Origin: Vicugna vicugna
Lineage: Eukaryota
Assembly (NCBI GenBank): GCA_013265495.1
Contig: MU061538.1
Location: 1,180,001-1,244,000 of the forward strand
Length of the DNA: 64,000 nucleotides
Reading direction: 5' to 3'
A program made the position numbers and the translations under genes. Positions 1-12,834 of the stretch are shown in pieces. Under the pieces are notes generated by a model that did no database searches, was not told where the DNA came from, and saw only the letters and a list, made by a program, of their open reading frames with translations. Numbering within the stretch: the stretch's first letter is position 1; the number at the start of each line of letters is the position of its first letter.

Positions 1-2760
1 ATCAATGTGATAATACCACATTAAAAAAATTGAAGAATAAAAAACCATATGATCATCTGAATAGATAATAGCTTTTGACAAACCTCAACATCCATTTATG
101 ATAGAAACTGCACAAACGGAGTAGAGGAAAAATAGCTGAACATAATAAAGGCCATTTATGGTAAGTCCACAGCTGACATCCTATTCAGTGGTGAAAAGCT
201 GAAAGCATTTCCTCTAAGATTCGGAACAAGACAAGGATGCCCACTTCTGCCACTTTTATTCAACATAGTATTGGAAGTCCTAGCCATAGCAGTCAGAGAA
301 GAAAAAGAAATAAAAGGAATCCAAGTTAGAAAGGAAGATGTAAACTGTCACTGTTTACAGATGACATGATACTATACTTAGAGAATCCTACAGATGTCAC
401 CAAAAAACTACTTGTGAGCTCATCAATGAATTTTATAAAGTTGCAGGGTACAAATTAACATATAGAAATCTGTTGCACTTCTATACACTAACAATGAACT
501 ATCAGAAAGAGAAATTCAGAAAACAATCTTACCATTGCATCAAAAACAATAAAATACCTAGGTATATAGAAATAGGAAGGTAAAAGAACTGTGCTTGGAA
601 AACTGTAAGACACTGATGGAAGAAATTGAAGACAATACAGACAGATGAAGGGAAACGCTGTTTTCATAGATTGGAAGAATTCACATTGTTAAAATAATCT
701 TACTATCAAAGGCAATCTACAGAATCAGTGCAATTCCTGTCAAAATATTGACATTTTTCACAGAACTAGAACAATTAAATTTGTATGAAACCACAAAAGA
801 TCACAAATTGCCAAAACAATTTTGAGAAAGAAGAAAAAAGCTGGAGATACCAATGTTCCCTGATTTTAAACTATAGTACAAAGCTGTAGTCATCAAAACA
901 GTGTGTTACTGGCACAAAAGCAGACACATAGATATGGAAGAGAATAGAGAGCCCGGAAATGAACCCATGCATCTGTAGTCAGTTAATCTACAACAAAGGA
1001 GGCAAGAATATACAATGGGGAAAAGACAGTCTCTTTGATAAATGGTGTTGTGAAAGCTGGATGGCTATATGCAAAAGAATCTAACTGGACTACTCCCTCA
1101 CACCATGTACGAAAATAAATTCAAAGCAGGTTAAATATTTAAATATAAGACCTGAAATCGTAAAACTTCTAGAAAAAACATAGGCAGTATGCTCTTAGTC
1201 TTAGTAATGTATTTTGGGATCTGTCTCCTGCGGCCAGGGAAACAAAAGCGAAAATAAACAAATTGGATTACATCAAACTAAAAAGCCTTTGCATGGTGAA
1301 GGAAACTGAATAAGATGAAAAGGCTGCCTACTGAATAGAAGAAGATATTTGCAAATGCTGTATCTGCTAAGGAGCTAATATTCAAAATATACAAAGAACT
1401 CATACAACTGAACATCAAAAACAAACCTGATTTAGAAAATGGACAGAGGATCTGAACAGATTTTTTTTCCAATAAGATATACAGGAACATAAAAAGATGT
1501 TTAACATCACTAATCATCAGGGAAATGCAAACCAAAACCACAATGAGACATCTCACACTTTTCAGAATGGCTATTATCAAAAAGATAACAGCTGTGTTAG
1601 TGAGGAGGTGGAGAAAAGGAACCCTGGTGCACTGTTGGCTGGAATGGAAGTTGGTGCGGCCGCTATGGAGAATAGTATGGAAATTCCTCAGAGAACTAAA
1701 AATAGAATTGCCACATGATCCAGTAGTTCCACACCTGGGTATTTATCAGAAGAAAACAATAAAACTAATTAGGAAAGATATACACCCTGTGTTCATTGCA
1801 GCATTATTTACAGTAGCCAAGGTATGGAAACACTCTAAGTGCCCATCAATGGAGGAATGGATAAAGATGTGGTGTGTGTGTGTGTGTGTGTGTGTGTGTA
1901 CACATGCACACAAACACACAATGGATCATTCTCCAGCCATTAAAAAGAATGAAACATTGCCATTTGTGACAAGGGTGGACCTAGAGGATATTATGCTTGG
2001 TGAAATAGGTCAGACAGAGAAAGACAGATACTGTATGATTTCATTTATATATGGAATCTAAAAAACAAAACAAATGAACAAACATAACAAAACAGAGTTA
2101 TAGATAGAGAGAACAAACAAATCGTTTCCAGAGGGCGGAGAGGGAAGAAATAGGTGTGGGATTAAGAGTTACAGACTTAGGGTTGCAAACAAACAATTTG
2201 GTGGGTGTGAAATGTGCAGTGTGAGGCATTTAGTTAACTGTGTGATAGCCCTGCAGGCGATCTGTAGTAACTAGACATCATGGTGATCATTTTGAGATGT
2301 ACAGAAACAATGAATTACTGTGTTGTGTGACAGGAGCTAACACAGCATTGCAGGGCGATTATGCATCAAAAAGAAACTAAGGGAGAAACAGGAGATTCAT
2401 GGTTACCAGAGGTGTGGGCTGGGGGGGTTGGATGAAGGTGGTCAGAAGGTACAAATTCCAGTTGTAAAATGAATACATACCAGGGATGTGATATGGTAAC
2501 AACATGATAGATGTAATTAATACTGCTGTCTGTTACATATGAAAATTCTTAACAGGTTAAATCTCAAGAGTTCTTATCACAAGGAAAAAAAATTTTATTT
2601 CTCTAATTTTGTGTCTGTCTGAGACAATGGATGTTCACTATATCTACTATGATAATTGTTTCATGATGTATGTAAGTCACATTGTTATCCTGTACAGATT
2701 AAACTTACACGGTGAGGTATATAAATTATATTTCAGTAAGACGGAAAGGAAAAATTAAAA
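1..2760 (+). mobile_element. LINE-1 relic: 3' part of ORF2 (RT to C-terminus, disrupted) plus 3'UTR, in an LMBR1 intron, truncated by the window start
   Basis: A-rich L1 ORF2 text: gcatttcctctaagattcggaacaagacaaggatgcccact, ctgtttacagatgacatgata (FADD-like RT motif). ORF 1525-2061 reads as the L1 ORF2 C-terminus (HCWLEWKLVRPLW...ELPHDPVVPHLGIY...). Stops and frameshifts are present. An L1-type 3'UTR runs to an A-rich end near 2760. Confidence 0.93.
1873..1898. repeat. (TG)n microsatellite inside the L1
   Basis: Perfect TG run seen directly. Confidence 0.9.
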
Positions 2761-4664
2761 GTACATTGTATAATTTAATTATTGCTCTGACAAAATCCTC
2801 TCAGAAGTGTAGCGAAGTGATTATTTAAGGCTTTTTGTTGTCTAGTCTCACAGAAGATTTTCAGAATTGAAGAGCTGTGGGGTGCCAGAGTAGTCTTTTA
2901 CTCAGACAGTATGAGTTAGATTTTTAAAACATTAAATTTGAAGCCGCAGGGTCTTTAGAACTGGTCCCTGTAATCTGCGTTTGTCTAGGGCCTCAGTGCG
3001 CTGCAGCCGCAGGCTCCTGGGTTTCTGTCTGCGAGGCCGCCTCAGTGTCCTGGGGGCCAGAACGCCTGATGAGTGAGGGGCTTGCTCTTCGCCTGCTGTT
3101 TCTTACTGGGTCTTGACCCTGACTCTCAAGGTACCAAGTTGAGTCCCGTAAAAAGTTGTAATGAGAGCGCTCTCCCGTTGTTCACACACACCTTCCGTTC
3201 CTGCTGTATGGGCGCGTCTGCCCCCAGCCTTCCCTCGTGTGGCGCTGTCGCGGCGTGGTCCGTGGGCCCAGCTCTAGGTGATGGCCGAGTTACTGTTCAG
3301 CACACACCAGTGGTTTCCGAAGTCAGGTTTGTTCCCCACGGATTCACAAAGAAAGTCACTGGGCTGTGTGAAAAAACTATTGAGAACTTGTGTTTGTCTT
3401 TATTGTTGTAATTTTAAAAGTCTTTGTTTTGTATGTATACAGTACGTATGTCGGTGAATAGTGCATATTTAGTTTGTAATAACTGAAATACATATATAAT
3501 GGGTACACGTATTCTAATTTCATCTTTGCTAATCGTTGTCTTCGATCAACAACTTTTGAGACCAGGTTAAGACCCTTTTGGAGTATCTGGGCAAGGGTTT
3601 TATTCTGTGGTTTGCCAGTCCCTCTGTAAATGAGCTTCACAACATGCACAGTTGCGTGTGCGTGCACACACGCACATATGTGTTTTTCTTGTGAAAAGAT
3701 CTGTGGCCTTCCCCAGATTCTCAGGAGTCTTTGGCCCTGAAGATCAAATAAACTGTTTATCTGGGATCCCTGAGCCGTGAAAATACTGACGTCTGTTTTG
3801 GGAGGACAGTGCCTTGTTTACAGATAACTTCCCAGGTTAAATTAAATGGTACCTCATTTTAAAAATAATATATATAATTAGATACATATATTCCTTTTAA
3901 CAAAATTCAGCCTCATTAAGGCTTCTGTCTGAGAAACTGCCACTGGGATGGTTGCTGTGACCTCATGACACGACCTGCCCTGCGTGCTCTGCTGGGGTCT
4001 GGTCCCTCTTACCTTCCTTTACCCACCGTCCTGTACAGACATTTTATTGTACGCTTTCATTAATTTTATATTTCTCTTCTCTTTAAAACATTATGGTGGA
4101 TCGTTGTCCCTGAGCTTTGTATACCCTGGCCCTGGAACGATGAGGCTACAGAAGAGCTGCTTTTTGAAACCCACTGGTTTTCTCTTGTCCTTGTAGGCTG
4201 CTTCTATGGGGTCTGCCTTACAGTGGGTGATGTGATTTCACTGAGTGAGCATGAGCGTTAAGTCTAGAAGTCGGTTGATGAGGGGAAGCTGAGTTCAGTC
4301 AGTTATTCTTGAAATCCTTAGACCACCCATAAAATTAAAGGTACATGGGTTTGTTTACACAGTCCTTTGTGGGTAAAATTTCACATGGCCCAAGTAGCTC
4401 TTCAGTTTCTTCCTTAGAGAATGTCAGCATTTCTGGCGTCTCTCACTTGACTGTCCACCTGAATGTTTTTTTACTTACTCAGTTTTTTTTAAAATAAAAG
4501 ACTTATTTTTACATGTGAACAGGTGAGTTTTAGGTAACGTCAAAGCAGATGTGATGGAACCACACTGCATTTCCAGCTTTTCGTTTATCCCACAGCCCTG
4601 TGGCTTCCAGTTCAGATGGACAATGTTTGTGGGATTTTTCCCCCTCGGAAAGGAACCCCCCTAT

Positions 4665-5150
4665 TTGTTTATTCGCTGCGTAGTAAGCTGGAGCACACGC
4701 AGAGCACCGCTCTGGGCACTGGGGTTACAGGAGAGAAAACCACCGAGTTCCTGTTCGCACAGGACTTAACAAGCCAACGCGCGAGCTAGGCCGCAAGCGA
4801 GCCGGCAAGGGGAAGACGTGCTTCGGCAGCATGCGCTGTGAAGAAACCTTGTCAGGGCAGAGGGCCTCGGAGGGGCAGCTGCTTGGGGGGGAAGCGGGTG
4901 CCCTCTCCGAGGAGGTGGCGCGAGCAGGGGCCTGTGCGGAGAGAGGACGGGGTGGGGGCGGGGGTTCGTCGGGTGTCTGTCCATCACGACCCTGTTTCCT
5001 GTGTCACCTGAGCGGGCGCGCTGTGGTCCCCGCAGAGCAGCACCGGGGCCCTGGCCAGTGTGAGTGCGAGTCCTGAGCGAGTGGCGGGGTGCCCGCCGCT
5101 GCCCGCTGCAGGAGTGGGCAAAGTCGGTCAGGGCTGTGAGGCTTTCCCGC
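4665..5150 (-). mobile_element. Degenerate L2 (LINE-2) 3' fragment
   Basis: tttattcgctg...gagcaccgctctgggcactggggttacaggagagaaaacc...gttcctgttcgcacaggactta resembles the reverse complement of the L2 3' end. It is strongly GC-shifted. Confidence 0.5.
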
Positions 5151-5243
5151 AAGATGACAATCGTGGAGCTTTAAACGGGGTGCCCACTAACAGAAGTGAG
5201 GAAGTCCCTGGAATCTGAGCTGTCTGATTTGTACTTTATTATG

Positions 5244-5246
<3 letters not shown>

Positions 5247-5287
<41 letters not shown>
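5247..5287. repeat. (TG)n(TA)n microsatellite just upstream of the LMBR1 exon acceptor
   Basis: Seen directly. Confidence 0.9.
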
Positions 5288-5330
5288 TGTACCTAATTTT
5301 ATTAAGGGCTATTTTATTTATTTTTAACAG

Positions 5331-5492
5331 GAATCACTAGATTTGATCTACTTGGAGACTTTGGAAGGTTTAATTGGCTGGGAAATTTCTATATCGTGTT
5401 GTCCTACAATTTGCTTTTTGCTATTGTGACAACACTGTGTCTGGTCAGAAAATTCACGTCTGCTGTGCGAGAAGAGCTGCTCAAGGCCCTAG
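5331..5492 (+). CDS. LMBR1: LMBR1 penultimate coding exon (limb development membrane protein 1)
   Basis: Acceptor tttttaacag| and donor ctag|gtaatc, 162 nt, phase 1-1. Translation (G)ITRFDLLGDFGRFNWLGNFYIVLSYNLLFAIVTTLCLVRKFTSAVREELLKAL(G) matches the LMBR1 C-terminal region as I recall it. Confidence 0.97.
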
Positions 5493-5599
5493 GTAATCCC
5501 GAGCTCCGTGGGCGCTCTTCCTGCTTATTAACGGCGTTGACCTTTCAGCTCATCTGAAGTCTGCAGCTGCTTACTTTCCAGATGTGTAGAACCTTGGAG

Positions 5600-5790
5600 G
5601 CCGCACCCCTGACCACTGCTTATTGATCATGCTCTTGTGTAAAACGACTTCACTGAGCCTCACCTTCCTCGTATAAAACGGTGGTGATCCGTTCTTTTAG
5701 GACGTTGTGAGTGTTAACTGGAATACTTCTCCGGAGGGCCAGGGTGTGATCCTGCCACACCGTGAGAGCTCAGTGAACAGTAGCTGTCTT
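5600..5790 (+). mobile_element. MIR SINE relic
   Basis: ctgagcctcaccttcctcgtataaaacgg...taggacgttgtgagtgttaa...gagctcagtgaacagtagctg resembles the MIR core and 3' end. Confidence 0.55.
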
Positions 5791-8255
5791 GTGATGATGG
5801 TGACGGTAGTTGTGACGAGGTGAGGAGGAGCTTGTGCTAACGGCTTCTATTCTGGTAGTGGTACCTCTTATTTTTTAGTTAAATTGTTCTTGAGGATTGG
5901 ATTTTATAAGTATCAGGCTGACCCAAATTATAATTCTCTTCAGTAAGTCAGGTAGTAATTCAGGATAAAAATCTTAGCATCCTTGGCGTCAGTAGAGAGG
6001 GCACTTGTTACCATGTGTTCCCTGAGTCACGTGCACTGTGACACTAGTAAAACCTCACGGGCTTGGCTGAGGTCTGAAGGGTGTAACTGTAACCTTTGAA
6101 CGTATTTGCCACACTTGCTTCAGCGTCAGTACTAGACACATTTCAGGCTTTGTGTTTTAGGAATACCAGGACAATGTAAACTGTCTTGCTGGGTAAACCC
6201 CCTTGGGTTTAGGGTGTGTAATTTTATAAAAGAAGGGAAAGGCAGTGAGTTATTGTAGAAAGTCCTGCCAGGAGCTCATTTAGCTGGACTGGCATCATTT
6301 GAATGCTCACATTTCACGTCCCTTCGCAGCTTTTAGCTACTGTGGGAGGTGGCATGATGGTTGATCCATCATGTCCTGCTTTCAGATGGCTTAAACCTGA
6401 TGAACAGCAGCAGTGCTTGGCACACCACTAGGCCTTTCCAGCCCCGATGGTTGAAAGGGTGACCTCTGGGGAGGAAAAGGGATTTCACATTATCTATTCA
6501 TGTGTATTTTACTTTAAGTTTACCCTGAGAGCAGGGTGGCTGATGAGATGTTGGCCCGAAAGGGAAAAGTTACATCTTATTTCAACTGAAGCACGAGAGA
6601 GTTTATGAGTTTTATTGCTTAGGCTCCCTGGTGCTGGTCAGATTAAAGTCTAAAGACGAAGTGGTCATCAGACAGCCCTCTCAGCCACGTGTCTAGAGTT
6701 AAGTTTCATTTTTAAGCCTGTTGTAGCATCAGTAATATTAGCCATAATCTCAGATAAATTCCTGCTCACGGCTCATGGAAGTGAGATGGTAGTAAACGCC
6801 TTGCAGGGAGCGTAGCATCTGAGCTGGGTGTTCTAGGCATCACCTTGCTAAGGAAGCCTTTGTGAAAGCAGCACGATAGGGTTTAACCTCAGGCGAGGCT
6901 GTATGTGTCGTGTCGGCCCTGCAGCCACAGGAGGCAGTGGAATTGCCGAGGGTCGTGTGAAACATCTGATAGGCGGTCTTTCCCCGACGTGTCTCCTGTT
7001 ACTGTCGGGGTGCTCCAGGGAGGCAGCGCCTCCGACCTGGCGGGGGCCTGCATGAAGCGCATGCAGCGTGCAAGTGACCTGAGGTCATAAATGAGATTTC
7101 ACTGGATGTCATAATTCGATTATAAAATTTAACTTTCCCCCCGTTTTTTCCTTCTTCGTGTGTGTGTGCGCGTGCGTGCGTGTGCATGCGCGTGTGTGGC
7201 CCTGTTCAGCGAGGCTGTGGTCCTCCTCGCCTGCTTCCTTCTCCGGCCGGCCTGGGTGACGTGCTCCGCCTGCCCAGCAGTGGGGCGCGCCCTTCGTCAC
7301 TGCGTGGCTTGGCCATTCCCAAGGCCGGATTGATTTCTTTTTCCCTTCCTATTCATCCAGCACAGACAGGCTCAAGCTTACCTTTTCTTTCATTAAGATA
7401 TGCAGGTGATAGAAATTTTAAAATTTGGAGTGCTGTGTTGGTTTACGAGTGTTATAAAATTGCACACCAGTCAGGTAGACAACCATCTGGAATTTTAGGG
7501 GAAAAATAATCTTATCTAAGCATGTTTTTGAGCCTCATAAAAATTGTTTCTCAAGATCTTTCCCGCGGACGTGGTGCCTGTGTGCTCCTCCGTGTCTCTG
7601 TGCTCCGGTTGTCAAAGTGCTTAGAGCTTTAATGCCACATAAACTCTGAAAGTGTCTTCTGACTTTTCTCCCTGTGAGGCCATAATGTTGCTCTAGAGGT
7701 TTGATACATTATGCAAGTAATTGCTGCGTGATACAGAGGGAAAGAAACGTCACTTGAAAGGTGGTGCTAATCTTTCACTCTGTGAAGCATGGTTGAGCAG
7801 TGGAGTGTTACTTACGTTCAGTTTGTTCTTCTGCCATTTCTTTCTCTTTTTCTTCTTGGTAGTTTCCCCTTGCTTTTCTTTTTAATCACGTGCTTCATAG
7901 TTTGGTGGCCTCCCACGTGGTTTCCTGTGTGCACTGGGGGGGGTATTTTGAAACAAAAGCGGGTTCGTATTTGTCTCAGGTCATGTTCCCTGGGACGGGC
8001 GGGGGGCTGGGGAGGAGGAGGTTTACCAGAAGGTGCTGTGGGATCAGTGTGGAGGGGAGCGGGGTGGGGCTGTGCAGACTGAAGGAGCGGCTCCCTGTGG
8101 GGCAGCTGTCTTCAGCTCTGGCCCCACAGTAGGGAGAGGGGTCGGCCATCCTGCGGGGAGTCTGGCCCGCATGGCAGGGTTTCCTCGGGAGCCCCTGCGT
8201 TCTTCCTGCCTCTCCACAGTGCAGCATTTCTCACCCTATCTCAATTTTTCTGCAG

Positions 8256-8341
8256 GGCTTCATAAACTTCACTTATCAAATACTCCAAGGGATTCAGAAA
8301 CAGCAAAGCCTTCTGCAAATGGGCACCAGAAAGCCCTGTGA
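8256..8341 (+). CDS. LMBR1: LMBR1 last coding exon (to stop codon)
   Basis: Acceptor tttttctgcag|, in phase with the previous exon. Encodes (G)LHKLHLSNTPRDSETAKPSANGHQKAL*, the LMBR1 C-terminus; TGA ends at 8341. Confidence 0.97.
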
Positions 8342-11300
8342 GACATGCAGCACCACTCTGCAATCAAGAGCCGAGACCCAGACTCGTGACATTCCTGCCG
8401 GTCAGGCACGTTTCCCAGCGGCCGTGGCCCACGGTCAGGGCCTGGGCCTGTCAGTGCCCCTTTTCACAATCTGAGAGCTTGGCTGCTGCGGGTCATCTTT
8501 TTATCTAACCTTGGGGTGGACCTTGTAGTGTCCAGCCATGCGCAGGCTCCTGAGGGAGCACAGCTCTGTCCTCTGCGGACACGCTTGCCCGCGCCCCTTG
8601 GCAGAACCACCCACGTGAGAATGTCAGAAAAGGCAAACTTGGGGGCTTTCTGAGGATTCAGTTGAATCTCATATACTTCCTTCAAAAGATAGACACCTAC
8701 ATAGAAGGTACCCTCGGTATTTAGACGTGAAGTTTCTGCCAGAAATGAAGATTTGCAGGTGTCATTACAGTGGGAGCGCTGGGACTGCAACGGTTGCAAG
8801 TTACGGTTTTCACTTCCTTAAGGCAAAGGCGAAGGCATGGTTCTGATTAGTGTTACAGAATGACATTGACTGGATTTTGAGTCAAGGGAAAAATACAGAA
8901 TTCTTTTAAAACCGGAGCCTGGGTAGAACGCCGCAGGAATAGCTGCTCTGTCCGGCGTGAGAGGCAGCGTGGAGGCGCTCCCGAGCGCCGCTGCCCGGCG
9001 GCGTCCGTGCTTGAGTCGCCGTTACCTCTCGTGGCAGGGCTGCCGGCGCTGAGCACGCCTGTAACTTAGACTTTGCCTTGCAGGCTGTACATACACACAG
9101 TTTTTTTTTAAACTTTTTTTTTCAGAAATCCCTTGATTCTCTGTGCTCCTGTGTCCATCCTGTGAAACTGTAAGTGCTCTGTGGTAGAAGTCCCACTAGC
9201 GCTGTGCTCCTCAGGCTGTGTCACTTCTGTGCACGTCGACTTAACGCTCAGGCTCTAAGCAGTGACCGTCCAGCCCCACAGTGTGCAGCATCAGTGTCCG
9301 CGGGGTGGGGGTTCTGCCGGGTCCCTGATGAGCATGCAGCTGGTAGACTGCAGAGCACCCTTGGGATGGTTTCTGGACTTTGAGGCCACTGAATAAACAC
9401 CCTCTGTTGCCATCCGCTGGGACAGAGCACCGGAAGCCACGCGTGCTCAGCCTGCGGCCCTGGGAACGCACACGTTCACGCGCGCTTCGTGTATGCTGGT
9501 GAGTGTCTGTGTTCAGACAAAAGAAAAGAACACTTTTCTCAAATGGTTGAATTTAAAGGTTTTTTTTAAGAGAAATTTATGAAGAACGGGCTGTTTCCAC
9601 TTAGAGCTAAAATAATAAGAAAACGTTACGTACACTCCACTGCGTGTGCCTCTCCTGTGTTTACACCCCTGCGCTCCGTCTCGAGCTTCTCTTCTTGTTG
9701 CAGTGCAGCTTAGCTTTAAAATATAAGAGCACTTTATGATTCTAAGCAACGTTCAGTACATACCACCAGTCTAGTACGGCCGAGTTTCTCAGCGTAAGAC
9801 CCACATACTGGGAGAACGAGTGAGCTGTCTGCTTTCTGATTTTACTGGTAATGCTACCTATTTAAGTGTTCATTGCGAGTCTTGAATTTTACTCAGACTT
9901 GCCTGCTTCGAGCAGACCAGGCCAGGGGAAGCAGAGAGACCCCCCTGAATAAACAAACATCACTTGCAGCTCACACCGCTTCAGGGCGCATCCGGAGGGA
10001 GGGTTCTGGGCGACCGTAAGGTGCCTGAGATGTTTTGAGTAAAGTACTGAACTTTTCAATGTCTGTATCAATTCTCTGTTCACTTGAGAGTCTCCTCCCA
10101 AGACAGAAGTGAAGCCAGGCTTGGATTAGTTAGGGGTAAGATGTGTGACAAACTCCTGAAGCTCTTACTGGATGCTTCTTCACAGCCGTGTTGAACTAGA
10201 GGACACACAGCACGTGGAGGGGCTGTTTTTGGGTCGCAGGTGCCCTCTGGAAATGGGTGCAGGTCATCAGGTGCTCGGCCTGAAGGTGATGTGTACAGAC
10301 ACCTAGTGTGTCCCCGGTCACACACGTGAGAATCTGCCTCTTGATTGAGACCCTCACTGTGAGCGCAGGTGCTTCTCTGGGACCCTCGCTGGGGGCTGGT
10401 GTATGACACGTCGGCAGGAGCGGGTGGCAGCGCACTGCGGCCCAGCCCTCCTGGGGCCGGAAGGACGGGCGTCCTGCCGCTACAGCTGTGAGCGCCGGCG
10501 CAGGAGGGGCGGTGAGGCCTCAGCTCCAAGGTCCTGGCGTTGGCAGCCCGCCGGGCCCGGGGCTGCCCTCCTCCTCGGGGATGGAGGACGTCACAACCAC
10601 AGTAAAGTCGTGCTGCTTTGCTTTCCTCTCCTCTCGGGGGCCTGTTGTAGCCGGGCGCTGGGGGCCGCGGTTGCGGTCTTCTGAGGGGCCTCACCGGTTC
10701 TCATTGTCAGTTGGCTCTGTGGTATTTAAGTAAATTGTTTTACAGTTAGAAAGTTTACAGATTTAACATTTGTAATGATTTTGACTGATTTTCCAAAACA
10801 TATCTTTGATTTAATATTTATTTAGCTTTATGCACATTCTATATAAAAATAGACCTCAAAATATAAGACTTTATATGAAACTTACAGACATACACACGAA
10901 TGTTAGCGCCTTCAGTGCCGTGCTGAGGGTTGACGCTGGAGGAGAGTGACCCATCCCTGGTGGTTCTTACTCTCGGCTGCGTCCAGGCTGCATGTACACC
11001 TGCCCTCAGGGCATTGACACCTGCCTGGCTTTGCTGGAGCACAGTCGACCTGCCTGTGGCCTCAGTAACCACCTGACATGCCAGCAACACAGGCTTACAT
11101 GTTGAAAGCCCTGTGTGGCTCTCTGTGTGGTTCGCACAGTACGTAGAGGAGAAGGGGACAGTTCTCACAGTAATTTTCTTGAAAAATACGAGCATACGTG
11201 CAGTACTGACTTTAAACTTTAAAAAAATTGGTATGATGTTACTTTAAAAATAATGTTCGGATGCATGGAAAGTTGTTTTTGTTTACAGTGTTTTGTTTAC

Positions 11301-11385
11301 AAGTCAGTCTTGTTTGTTTCTGTGAGATACTTTAGTGTGACTTGAAATATCTTAGAAATTAAAGGTTTACAAAAAAGTGATTTCA
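8342..11385 (+). other. LMBR1: LMBR1 3'UTR (3' end inferred)
   Basis: Follows the stop codon, with AU-rich blocks at ~9.5-9.9 kb and 10.7-11.4 kb. The end is placed from ATTAAA at 11358 plus a downstream GU-rich tract. AATAAA at 9392 and 9948 could be proximal alternatives. Confidence 0.55.
11358..11363 (+). terminator. Candidate LMBR1 polyadenylation signal (ATTAAA)
   Basis: ATTAAA followed ~45-70 nt later by tgtgtgtttgtttttgtgttttt, a GU/U-rich downstream element. Confidence 0.45.
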
Positions 11386-12383
11386 CATTTTGGTTTACAA
11401 GCACTCAGATGTGTGTTTGTTTTTGTGTTTTTAATCTGAAAGACCATCATGGCTAAAACTTAATGGTGCATGTAGGCCGCTGTCATTCCGGTGTCATTAG
11501 GGGCAATAATGACCCTGGTGCAACGCTGGGCTGAGGAGGTGGGTGTTTTCTGCCTTTTTGTTGGGGAGTTTTTGTATATCAGTTTCTTGCAACCTAAAAT
11601 GTAGCATCAATAATTGAAATCACGGTTGTTAGCTTATTTAATCGCTCAAATTATTTAGATTTGATTTCTCTGACTTCTTCCATCGAAGGACTGAGCCACA
11701 CCTGAATGTGGTCTGGGCGGCCTAGTCCGAAGTGCTGGGGAGGCAGATGCCCTTCGCTTCTGCTTCGCTCACTGCAAGCAGGAGCCTCTGTGTCAGTGGC
11801 TTTCAGACTTTTGGCCACTGTAACTCGCTCACACGCACACACACACTTCTGTACGTGTGAACAAACATTTAGCAGAACAGTCCTTACGTGACTGTGCGAG
11901 ATGCATGCTGGTAGATTCTGTTCTGTTTTGTTGTTATTTTTTAAAATACTGGACACAAACCACCAAGTCATTTCCTGGTTGAAAGAAGAATGAATCTGGT
12001 TGAAAGAAGGGATACAAAGACATTTTTTTGACTTTGAATATTGTTCAGGTAAAATTCATTATTACAAATGCCACTGAAGCAAAAGGATTGCATATGCAGA
12101 TTACTTGTTGCACTGCAAAGAATGTCATTAAAATCAGTAGAAATTGCTAAAACTCTAAAAAGTGGATTATAAAATTTCAAAACTAGGTGATTTATCCATA
12201 CATCTTAGAGGAGTAGCACTGGGGGCTCGCTGTCAAGAGAAGTTATTTAACTTCCAATTCTGTGTGATTCAGTTTGGAGAAAGTTTCATCAAGCTCAAAT
12301 GAGATCAGGAAATTCAGACAAAACCCAGTTGTTCTGGATGTGGCTGGCACACTCTGCCCATGTTTGCCCCTGACTACCTGCAT

Positions 12384-12790
12384 TGAGACGTAACTCACCT
12401 ACCACAGGCTGGGCTGTACCCTGTCATCACCCAGCCCGAGACCAAAGAGAGCCCGGACGCGGCGGCATTAGAGTTCTATTGGGCGGGGGATCTTGCGTCA
12501 GAAGCAAGGAGGTCCTGGAGCCGTACCCCAGGCCATGGGGCAGGGGGAGGCAGGTTTCCAGTTACCAGGGGAACTGACGTCAGGTTGGCTCATTGGTTAT
12601 CAGGGAAGCTGTCCTCATGGGGCCGTCCTGATGTAAGGTCTGGATCAGTCAGGAGCCGCTGGGGCTGGGGGCCGCCCACGGCCATTACTGACTAGGCCCT
12701 GTGACTACGGGGCAGGTCAGGCAGGTACCTGGGCGCAGGTGAGGGCGTGCAGAGAGCAGGAGAAGTTTATCTTGGGGGGCCTGATCACAC
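12384..12790. mobile_element. Probable LTR-like repeat relic
   Basis: ~400-bp block with TG...CA-like ends and an internal ttggctcattggtt CCAAT-type segment. Family not identified. Confidence 0.3.
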
Positions 12791-12834
12791 ACCATGAAGT
12801 TCACTCTCAAAGCATGCAGGTCATGGGTGTCTAG

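Noticed and set aside
1525..2061. 178-aa ORF as a host gene
   Set aside because: It is the degenerate L1 ORF2 C-terminus; the CVCVCV stretch comes from a (TG)n microsatellite.
8033..8255. N-terminal part of ORF 8033-8341
   Set aside because: Intronic; only the part after the AG at 8254-8255 matches LMBR1.
1..8255. ZRS limb enhancer
   Set aside because: The ZRS lies in LMBR1 intron 5. Only the last two LMBR1 exons are in this window, so it is far upstream.
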